Shown here: positions 13,601 through 23,967 of the stretch, one piece after another
Layout: each line of letters opens with the position of its first letter
Position numbering within the stretch: the first letter of the stretch is position 1
Origin: Plasmodiophora brassicae
Taxonomy: Eukaryota
Reading direction: 5' to 3'
DNA length: 64,000 bases
Assembly (NCBI GenBank): GCA_036867785.1
Contig: CP145415.1
Location: 124,001 to 188,000 of the forward strand
Made by a program: the position numbers and the translations under genes
The notes under the pieces: generated by a model
Seen by the model: only the letters and a program-made list of their open reading frames with translations
Database searches by the model: none
What the model was told of the DNA's origin: nothing

Positions 13601-15877
13601 GGATCCATCCCCGTCGGTCGCCCCGTCCCCGTCGGCACCCGCTACATCGATCGGTCCCGAGCGGCCTCTCCCTGCGACGACGCCGCACCGGGCGCCACGA
13701 CGACGCGTTGTCCTCATTCGGAAACGGGCACCTGCACCAGCGTGCAGGGAAACGCAGGGCCCGAGTGACCGGGATCAGCTCGGGACGGGACCGGCACCTT
13801 CCCGTCTCGATCGCGGTGAACCTCGTGACGAACGACGCCAGAGTGACGTCGAAGGCGAGCCAGTGGAACCAGATGGGCGTGAACACCCCGTTGTGGACAA
13901 GAGGGATGCGGAGACCGATGCGGCGCCGATCACGTGCTGTTACGCGGCACGATGCCCCGCCTGCCCAGCGCCGATCGTCACCGAGAATTCCTCGGTGCAG
14001 GCCGTCCCGACTGTCAGCGACGCGTCCGCGGATCCTGTTCCAGGCCCGGCAGCGTACTCCATCGAGCTCCAGACCGACCCGCCTCCCGTCCGGATCGATT
14101 CCAACACGCAGGTGGAGGCACGCGTCACCGCCCACAAGTCGGTTCAGACCGATTCATCTGGTACGTGGGCATTGTGTTGACGCCAGCTGTGGTCAATGCG
14201 ACGTTCATGAATGGGCCTAGGCGGCGAGCTGACGAAGCCGGCTGTGGTTACGACCAGAATCAAGCCGTGTTCGACGACGACATCGACGTCAATGGTAACC
14301 GTTGCGAGCGTATGACGGTTGCGCGTCTAACCGGACCCCGGCAGGACTTTGCAGACCTGGACCTGACCGTGGACACCTTCATGCAATCCCTGTCGAGAAC
14401 GCGGAACCGCCCTGCCCCATCCGTCATCGTCGTACGTAACTCGCATGGTCCAATACGGATGCGCACTCGCGCTGAGTCGAATCGGTTCAGAACGATGACG
14501 CGTTGCGCGACGACGTTTCCCGATCTGTGTTCGCGCTTGACGGCAGCGGCGTTCCCAACCAGCGCATGGGTACGTCTGTGCCTGATATCAGTGCTCACCG
14601 CCTCGGGTAACGCCCGCGTCTAGGGCCGCGTTCCTTGATTCCGTTAAACATCGGTGGGCAACGATTCGAGGTGCTTCGCTCCACGTTGATGCGGTATCCG
14701 GATTCGCTTCTCGCCAAGATCGGCAGGTCGGCGTCCCCGTTGTACATCGACCGGTCGCCGACGTACTTCCCGTTGATCGTCGACCTGTTCCGCACCGGGA
14801 AGCCGATCGGCCTGCCCGCCAGCGCTGCCGTCGACCTCGAAGCGTTACGCCAGGAGGCCCGATTCTACAACGTCGAACAGCAGATGTTCCCGAATGGGAT
14901 CCCATCCGTGAAACCAGCCGCTAACGAGAAGACGCACACCGACAGTACGCCGGCCCTTCGTGTGAAGGAGAACGACCAAAGCAGACTGATGGAAGCTGTT
15001 CTGACAGATGCACCGGATCCGGCAGCAGGTTCGCCGGCCCAGTTCGAGCTCCATGAGCGGTGTCTGCTGACGCCAGGCATGTCGGTGACGTTCTCGACCC
15101 GGTCGAATGAGGTGTTGGTCCTGGATACTATCGCCGGGAAGGGTACGTGTCAACCGTTTTGCCTGCGTACTTGGAATGCTGAATGGCGTGTCGCGTTAGG
15201 GAGGTTGCTGTTTGATTCGGAGATGTCGGCGCGGCCGGAGTCCAACGTGACGGGTGCGGTTGTGTTTGATAGCGACGCGCACATCTCGACAGGGCCAGGG
15301 GACACAATCCCAATTGGGAACGTGTACCCGGCATCCGGAAAGTACACGTTCCACATGTCGCAGCCAAGGTCGGAACATACAGTATTCCTTTATGTGTGTC
15401 CTGCTGAGTTCAAATTGTCATGCCAGGCAGCTGGAAGGATGTCCCGGTGACATGGATGTCGTATGCGTGTTCTGTGGCCATAGTCAGCGCCGCCAGCAGG
15501 ACCCGGGGCGATTGTCGCTGTGTGCGACGTGCCATGCACGCTTGCCTGACCCGCAGCAACCTCTGGCTCAGCCGCAACACGGTGGACAGTCGGAGCAGCT
15601 GACGGTCTGCATCCGCATCATTTGCACGTTCGATGCAAGCAGCCGATGTCAAGCGACCATGGTCTCCATGCAGCGCACTAAACCAACGGTCAAGGTGCAA
15701 CAACCACAACCAGTCGCGCCATCGCGATCGCCGAACCGGGCACCCATCGTACCGACTAGAAGAAAAGCAATTCCAGTGCCGGGGCCACCACAGGCGGCCT
15801 CGAAACGTCCTCATGCACACGGATCGTCGGTGAGGCCAAGTCCACTGCCTATTATCAGGCAACCACCGATCTCGTAA
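10602..15877 (+). CDS. Large low-complexity (Ser/Pro/Asp-rich) protein with a C-terminal KCTD-type BTB/POZ domain (multi-exon; possibly two genes)
   Basis: A 3.6-kb open exon (10602-14160) is followed by short exons. The BTB reads IPLNIGGQRFEVLRSTLMRYPDSLLA..YIDRSPTYFPLIVDLFRTG..LRQEARFY from about 14640. Linkage of the two parts through introns is inferred. Confidence 0.55.
12674..13058 (+). repeat. Tandem coding duplication, period 198 bp (66 aa)
   Basis: cctgacct(g/c)ccagagccgacacctg...gcgcagtttcc occurs at 12675 and 12873. The protein repeat is PDLPEPTP(D/G)VCVLPDS...PGCASNTGAVS. Confidence 0.9.
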
Positions 15878-15932
15878 AACGGAATTGTGTACCTATCAAC
15901 TACCACGTCTTCGACTGAAGACAAAAAAGAAA

Positions 15933-16017
15933 TGCCTGCAGCAAGGCTCGAACTTGCGACCTCAGGATAACTCATTGGATATGAGACCTACGCTACTACC
16001 AACTGAGCCATGCAGGC
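15933..16017 (-). tRNA. trnM: tRNA-Met(CAT), elongator type, with an 11-nt intron (15969-15979)
   Basis: Reverse complement is GCCTGCA-TGGCTCAGTTGGTAGTAGC-..-CTCATA[TCCAATGAGTT]ATCCTGA-GGTC-GCAAGTTCGAGCCTTGC-TGCAGGC-A. It has A/B boxes, an acceptor stem, an intron at the canonical 37/38 position and a T-run terminator downstream. Confidence 0.93.
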
Positions 16018-16174
16018 ATGGATCTGCTCTCTGACACGGCACCGTTGTCCTCTATAGAATACGATAAGCTTCCAGTAGAATATCATCGTTCCAGACCACG
16101 GCCTACGCATTCCAAGGTTGGCGGGGGCACCGCCCTGCGACGAGTCACCAGCTGACCGTAGAAAAAAAGGTTAA

Positions 16175-16247
16175 AGGCCACGCAGGGAGTCGAACCCTGG
16201 TCTACAGATTCAGAGTCTGTCGTGATAGCCACCTACACTACACGGCC
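16175..16247 (-). tRNA. trnQ: tRNA-Gln(CTG)
   Basis: Reverse complement is GGCCGTGTAGTGTAGGTGGCTATCACG-ACAGA-CTCTGAA-TCTGT-AGAC-CAGGGTTCGACTCCCTG-CGTGGCC-T. It folds as a cloverleaf and has a T7 Pol III terminator just downstream. Confidence 0.93.
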
Positions 16248-16765
16248 GGGACTTGCGGAACCTGCAGGGGTAATGCAATCAGCAGCAACACATCCTGAAA
16301 ACGTTGTTCCGCCAAGCGTGGCCGTATGTGCTGTCACGTTATGCCCTTGCCGAAATCGACAAATCCAATGCGAAAGACATCGGTAATGACCGCTCCTCGC
16401 TACACTGGGTACTGTGTCGGATGCGGACGGAGGCGACGAAGGATGAAGGTGGAGGCGATGATTGAGATGTAGTCGACCCATCGTCAGCTCCTTCGATTAT
16501 GCACGCGACGTCGCATCACAGCTGCTGCCAAGGTGGTGCTTGCCGACGTAAGCTGGTACTGAATTCCAGGGCCTCATCAGGTTCGTGTTCACCAACACCA
16601 CCTGGATGGTTCATCTAGGTCCGGTTTCATCGCGCTTAATCTGAAGTTGTTTTCTGCTCAGTTTACCTGTACTATCCTGATCATCCAGTAGCTGTTCCTG
16701 CATCATCATATCTAACCATGAATCGGGAGGCACGTGCGATAATATCTTCGGCCATATCTGCCACG

Positions 16766-18884
16766 ATGGCGGCTAGGGTCGGCATCCTGGTGATTGGTCT
16801 GCTAATCATCCCGGCAGTCCGGACATCCGATTTATGTTCGCTCCTCCTGTCTGGCTGTAACGAACCATCGTACGTGACTCCTGGTCCGCGCTGGACCCGC
16901 GATCTTCCAAATGGAACATCAACCGATACTTTATGTGTAGAACAACGGTAGCAATTACACCGTCGAAGATCAAGTTGGGATCATCTATCCCCAGCACCTC
17001 CATCGACAGCTCATGGTTCTCGTCACAGCTAAGCTTTTGGAAATCCGTCCTAGGACTGTACGATGGGCGGCACTATCGCATATCATTGGTGAATCAGGTC
17101 CTTACGCATCCTTGGTAGGACAATATCGGGCTTTCCAATCACAGGGATCATGGATGGAGCGTTTGCAGGGCTCACTAGCTTGCGCTATTTGTATGCAATT
17201 TGTGCATCGGCGTTCCATCGCTAGACTCATTTCATGCGCATATGCAGAGATCTGAGCAGCAACGCGTTGTCAAACGTCTCAGCTGCCAACGCGAATTTCA
17301 ACGTCAAGTTGACAGCATTATTCTTGCAGAACAATAGCATGACGTCTGTCGACGCGACAACCTTCGCCTCACTGTCTGAACTGCAGACCTTGTAGGTTCG
17401 CGTTAGGATTGTTTTCTCGAGATGTCTGACATTTGGTCTCCTATGTAGGAACGTCGCCTCGAACCATATCACTGCATTTTCTACGGATTCGTTCGCTCAG
17501 GCTTCTACACTGCTGTCGCTGTATGTATTGTGGCCAATCATACCTCCTTGACGTCCTTTGATCATGTCGCCTGTGTTAGGAATATCTCGAACAATGAAAT
17601 GGCAACATTGCCGCGACAGTTATTCCACCCTTTGGCGTCTTACACTGGTATCCTGTATACCGATCATACGTTTGCACCCGTGGAATAACAGGATCGGCTA
17701 ACATGATTATCCATTCCTGTAGGAACCTGGTAGATGGCATGGAAGCCCTAACGTGCGTCCCATTGGCACCGCCTCAAATCACAAGAACGAATTACGTGAT
17801 TGGGAACAAACCCACATGTGGCACGACGACAACGATCTTCATTCGACCACTGGCTCCAACACCCATACGGTTTAAATCACTGGCTATTGCACCAACTCCT
17901 AAACCTACTCCCGCACCCACGCCCGCACCAACTCCAGCACCGACCCCTGCAACGAATCGGGCACCAACTCCTGCACCAACTTCCGCTCCAGGTAGTGTCG
18001 CCAACCGAACCCCTACCCCTGCCCCAGTTCACAGGTTCACGACTAACGCCCCAACACCGACACAATCGTTATCATCTGCCACATCGACGTCTGTACCTGC
18101 GCCGTCACCTATTGCGACGTCTCACGCCATCGTCACCCCGCCGACCATCCATTCGGATCCTTTAACAACCCCTGCACCAACGCCCCTGCCTAGAGGTTTC
18201 ATGAGTAGCCGCGCGACGTTCTCAGCTCAAAGTCAAAACTCTCGGCCCCTCCTCAATGCAACCAGTTCATCGACGAGTACCAGCCGGCTTCCAGCAACCA
18301 CGCGTCGAGTGTCGACCAAACATATTGTCAGCAAGCCCCCATCAAATGCCTCCATAGCGGCGACGATCAACGCGCTGCTCAACACAGACAACGCTCTGGT
18401 GATGGTGTTCCTGGCGGGAACGATTATTGTGATTGTCTCCACCCTCATCATCCTATGTCTGTTGAAGCGGTCGCGCCGTTCAGCAGCACGTCGTAACATG
18501 ACAACGAGGATGACGCCAGCGCCCGTCCGGGCACCGTACAACGTCGTGCAAGGTCCGGCCAGAGTCGATGCGGCTCCAGCAGGGCTTCGTGATTTCAAGC
18601 TCGATACGCGCACAGGCAACACGCTGTATGACGGGGCTTCGACAGTGGATACGATGGCTGAAACCTCTCCGAACACGGCAGCGACCATGGGCGAAAGGAC
18701 GCTCAACAACACGCTCGACACGGTGCCGATGCCGACGATGAACGACGACGCCGAGGCGACATTGCGACAAACCACCTCGTCCAACAGGCAGATTGACCCG
18801 CGCCTTCTGGCCCCCGTTGGCAACCGTCAGCCGAAGCGTCAGGGCCAGCCAATAGGCAGTATCGACTACGGCAACCTTCCTTGA
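16766..18884 (+). CDS. LRR / Pro-Thr mucin-stalk single-pass surface receptor, paralog A
   Basis: Signal peptide MAARVGILVIGLLIIPAVRTS then DLC..C. LRR exons at 17119-17190, 17248-17391, 17449-17520 and 17580-17654. Cap [20 protein letters not shown] stalk, TM ALVMVFLAGTIIVIVSTLIILCLL, tail ending GSIDYGNLP. Confidence 0.85.
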
Positions 18885-19018
18885 CCTTGAATGGCGCACT
18901 ACGCGAACCGTTGTGCATAACGGTCTTGACGTAAAGTACCCTTACGAGTTTTCCGTTGCAAATCCCAATGAACATGCGAACAATAATATCTGTCGACCGT
19001 AATATCTGGCACTGGTCG

Positions 19019-21279
19019 ATGGCGCTTATGACACTCGCTGTGGCAGCATTGGCGAGTACCGCATTCTGGGATACCGCATGCAGTTTCGATTTATGCTCAG
19101 CGGTTAGCTGTTCAGGGGTTAAAATGTAACTCTCGTACATGGGCGCCCCCAGAATTAAACGTTCAAACGCTCAATGCGCCTTGTTCAGCGTAGCGACACC
19201 ATCGACCATATCGCGTACATCAACACTGCCGAACAGCATTGACGACTCGTGGTTTGCATATTCGCCGCAACCAATCATAAGCTGGCTGGAGCAGCTAAAT
19301 TTTCAATGGAGCTCCGTAACCTCCCTGTACGACCGCTATGCATTATGTCGTGTCGCCGTTGCTTTCAAATGACAAGTACTGATGGCTAGGACGATATCGG
19401 GGTTCCGTATTATTGCGATCCAAGATAACGCGTTTAGCAGTCTGACCAGCTTGACCTACCTGTAAGACGTACTACGTATACGCCAAGTCAAAACCATTGC
19501 ATAACGTGAATATTCAGAGACCTGAGCAACAACGCGATAACGGGCATATGTTCCGGAAACATGTCCATCAATGGGATGTTGACCAACCTATATATTCAGC
19601 ACAATTACCTGACGTACGTAGATGGAGCCACGTTCCAGACACTGCAGGCACTGCAAACATTGTACGCCCTGGCATATCCTGCGTTTGCATGACCGGCTGT
19701 GTGGTTTGACTCGTTAATTGCAGGAACATTTCGTCGAACATGATCCATTCGTTTTCGGCAGACGCGTTCACCCGAACTACTATGCTTAAGGCGCTGTATG
19801 TACTGGCTCTACGACAGCACTCGTGTGCTAAGGCAACCTAATAATTGCTCTTGCGTGCCAGAGACATGACATTTAATCCGGTGCCTTCTCTCCCGCGCAG
19901 ACTGTTTTCCCCGTTAACGTCCTACACTGGTGTACTGTACGGCACGTTCGCTTGCAATGCTTGAGAGGATACGCTGGTTGATCATTGCGCACCCCGATAG
20001 GGACCTTGCCCATGGGTTGACAACGCTGAACTGTGTCCCGTTGCCGCCCCCGAAGATCCTTGCCGGCGATTACAAAACTGATCTGCAGCCTGTATGTGGC
20101 ACAACTACAGCGGCGCCAGCGGCGACGTCGCCGGTTCCTACTCCTAAACCAACTCCAGCGCCTATCGCCGCACCACCACCACCACCAAAGCAAACTACGG
20201 ATCATGTTCTGACTCCTGTACTGGGATCATATATGCCAACACCCGTGCCCCGTTTCGCGTCAGCGCCAGCACCAACACCTCTACTCATTCCCGCACCGAC
20301 ACCGTCGCCCACTCCTGGTCGGTCAATGCCGACACCCACTTCTCCATCAGGCCCGCCAGTACAATATTCCCCTGCATCAAGCCCATCACCCACTCCACCA
20401 GCAACTCCCGCACCTACTCCAGCACCAGCGGCTGTGCAAATCCACGCGCCAACTCCGACACCGACGTCTCCTATACGAACAGGCGCGACCAGTCGTGCTG
20501 CCGCCTTTGCAGCAAGTCTGACACCTGCACCGATCCTAGGGGGTCCTCCACCCGCCCTTCCGATACGCTCTTCAGCTGGCGCGTTACGATCTCGACGTCC
20601 GACCGCGCTCCCGTCGCCTTCGACAAGCTCCATGATACGGGCAGAACGAGTATCAGTAACGCCTAGGCGCACGACAGCACAGCTCAGGTATCTCGCCTGT
20701 CGCTCTGGTATCCGGAAACCGACGTCATTAACCGTTTCTCACGATAGCCCGGCTCGGCCGGTAGTCGGCCAGCCAGTGTTGCAGCATTCCGGGCCGAGTT
20801 CGTCCTCGGTTCAAACCTTGGACGACGGTGATCTGAGTAGTGCCTTGCTGGGCCTATTCGGCGCTGCTTGCTTTGCAGTTGTTTCGATGACAATACTCGT
20901 CTGGTGGAGAATTCGGGTGGCCGCGATGCGATCGGCGCGTAACAGGCTGATACTGGGGAACGCTTTCCTCGGCGAGGTTGAGGCTGAGGTCCACCAGGGA
21001 TTCAACCGAGTGTTCAACGAAACGATGGATCCAAGAGCTGTCGATGATACGCAAGGAACAACGTCGACTCTGCCGACAATTCCTACGTCGGAAACCTTGG
21101 GCCCCAGAACCATGGCGACAGTACCATTAGACGGTCGTACGATGGCGACGGTAGACAACGGCACGACATTAGACCATCGCGCTCCTGAGGGAAACGGTCT
21201 CCATCCCGCGAATGCCCGTCCACATCCTCCTGCTCGAGGTCCCCATATGATAACGGTCCATGGGGCGCGACAGTATTGA
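19019..21279 (+). CDS. LRR / Pro-Thr mucin-stalk single-pass surface receptor, paralog B
   Basis: Signal peptide MALMTLAVAALASTAFWDTACS then FDLC. LRR exons at 19390-19461, 19518-19661, 19724-19795 and 19862-19936. Cap LNCVPLPPP..PVCGTTT, stalk, TM ALLGLFGAACFAVVSMTILVWW. Confidence 0.85.
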
Positions 21280-21548
21280 CCATTTATATACACATTCGGG
21301 AGATATCGTATGGACCATAAGGCCCGGTTCCTTTGTCCCTGGCCGCAGCGATATCCAAGCAACCTCCTGCGTTAGCGATAATCTGACCTGGGTTGCGAGC
21401 CCTGACGACTGCGAATGGTTCAGTTGCTTTGCACCCGCCGTTATTACAGACGTACGATTTCGCGGCGGGAATTTCCCGGTCGATGAAGATACCGATTATT
21501 CGCAGGTACAGTGAGATCTGCCGGCAGGCATATCTGCACATGTGTGCT

Positions 21549-23832
21549 ATGGCGCTGAGGACAGCTACAGTGACCGCCTTGGTGATGTTGGCGTTCGGGG
21601 GAGGCAAGGCACCGGCATCGGCCAGTTTCGATTTGTGCGTCGAGCTCGGGGCAAAGAACGGCTGCTCCTCGACGATCGTGTAAAATGCGGGCTCGCGAAA
21701 CCCAAGCATGGATCAAGGCTGACCAATGAATGCGAACAGAGCAGCGACGCCGCCCGATCTGTCCAATCAGCCGACTGGCACCATTGACGCGTCGTGGTTC
21801 TCGTACAATCAGCCACCGCACAAGTTCCAATGGGACGCGGTCACTTCGCTGTATGGTGGTCAATGCTGGTGCCATTTCGTGCCAAATAATGCAATGCACA
21901 GGACAATTTCCGGGTTCACCCAGATTACTCAGATCGCGGACGGGGCGTTTTCCGCCCTCACAAGCTTGGCGTCCTTGTAAGTAGACGTTGCTGTGCCCAG
22001 GGAGCCCCGCTTGCTCATTATCGGACTAGGGATTTGAGCAAGAATGGGATTACAAGCATTTCGGCGACCAGTGCAGGCCTCAGTCCAACATTGACGACAT
22101 TGAATTTGGGTTCGAATGCTCTATCTTCGGTTGACGCCACAACATTCCTGTCCCTGACGCAACTACAAACCCTGTAAGTACAATCAGCTCCTGTATAGAT
22201 TCAATGTTGTAAAGGGCTACATCTGTTGCAGAACTGTCTCATCGAATTCTATTGTATCATTTTCGGCCGATGCCTTCGCTGGAACAACGCGCTTATCAAC
22301 CCTGTACCAGCCGTTGCCGACGGCGGCTCCAGCGATTGATATCTGACCGTTTGTTGCATCAGAGATATAACGTATAATCAGATGAGATCGCTCCCGAGAA
22401 GGTTATTCCTCCCGTTGACGTCCTACACTGATGTCCTGTAAGCCGATCTGCTCGCCCCGGTCAACAGAACAGGCACCGATGGGTTTGACGACACTGTTTG
22501 TTGTCTTAGGGACGTCATTAGTGGAAATATCCATCTGACGTGCGTCCCGTTGGCACCTCCAGGCATCACGACACCCGCCAACTACAGGACGGGAGGGTTG
22601 CCCATTTGCGGAACGACAACAAGCGGCCCCGCACCAACCCCGGTTCCAACCTCTCGACCTACTCCTGCACCAACTCCTGCACCAACTCCTGCACCAACTC
22701 CTGCACCAACTCCTGCACCGACTCCTGCACCGACTCCCGCGCCAACTCCCTCGTCAACTCCGGCACCAACACCGGTTCCGACCTTCTGGCCTACCCCTGG
22801 GCCAACGTCAGCACCAACTCCTGCACCGACTCCCGCGCCAACGCCCAGATCCGCTCCGGCACCAACACCGGTTCCGACCTCCTGGCCTACCCCTGGGCCA
22901 ACGTCAGCACCAACTCCTGCACTAGTGCCCGGACCGACTCCCGCGCCAGTCCCCGCACCAACCGTCTCTCCAACCAAGGCACCGACCCCGCGAACGCGCC
23001 AGGGATCAGCAATGTCCTCCTCTATTCCTGCAATCAGTACGTCGCCAAACGTCGCGCCGAGTCTCAGTCCAACACCGGCGCCTATCATGGCGCCATCATC
23101 AGCCAAGAAGCACCCCCAAACAATGAGGGGAACGTCCGCCAAACCTTATCCGGTCATGTTCTCCTCGTTGTCGGCAAACCTGCGAACGGCACGAGCATCT
23201 GTAATCCCACGTCGATCCACTACTGGAGCACGGTATGATCTCGCGCGCCGCCCATCGCTGATAGAGGTTCCATATTGACTTTGGATGACAGGGTGGCCGG
23301 CCGAGTTGGGCAGCCGACGTCGCAGCAATCGCAACCGGGTTCGTCCATGTTTGCAGTGTTCGGTGGAAGCCTTGATGCTGCATTCCTGGGTGTCATCGGT
23401 GCCATCAGCTTTGCCTTTATCGCGTTCACCGTATGCGCCTGGTGGCGGATCCGGTCAGCGGCGACACGGTCGTCTCGGAACCGACGCATTCTTGGCAACG
23501 AGTTCCTCGGCGACGATCGCGCAGAGACCCACCCCGACTTCAACCGACGATTCGACGGAACCGTTGATCCACGAGCCGTCGACAACACCATGCAGGGGGC
23601 AACGACGTTGCCCACAATGCCAACGGATACGCTGGGCGACAGGACCATGGCGACAATGCCGCTGGATGATCGCACACTGGCGACGATGGACAACGACGCC
23701 ACACTCGACCACCACGGTGAAGAGGAGAGCCCGTACCAGCCAGCGATCGCGCTTGCACGACGACCTATCGGAGCGCGTAATCCCAAGCAGTACCATGTTG
23801 GCCCATCGGGCAGCATTGAATATGGGCAATAA
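21549..23832 (+). CDS. LRR / Pro-Thr mucin-stalk single-pass surface receptor, paralog C
   Basis: Signal peptide [27 protein letters not shown] exons at 21902-21976, 22030-22173, 22232-22303 and 22363-22437. Cap [20 protein letters not shown] stalk, intron 23233-23291, [25 protein letters not shown], tail ending GSIEYGQ. Confidence 0.85.
22661..22922 (+). repeat. Coding minisatellite (12-bp ACTCCTGCACCR, about 7 copies = TPAP) plus a 96-bp-period higher-order duplication
   Basis: Seven 12-bp units at 22661-22744. The block ctccggcaccaacaccggttccgacct(t/c)ctggcctacccctgggccaacgtcagcaccaactcctgcac occurs at 22758 and 22854. Confidence 0.9.
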
Positions 23833-23967
23833 AGCACAGAGGCCACCGGGGCAGAACGAAGCGTACAGGCCGTCTCCCCTGAAACGCGGGTACGTACTGG
23901 TAATCAACGTTAAGCATTGGCGATCGGGCTGTGCGTACCGCCATACCGATTAACCGACAGGCCTACC

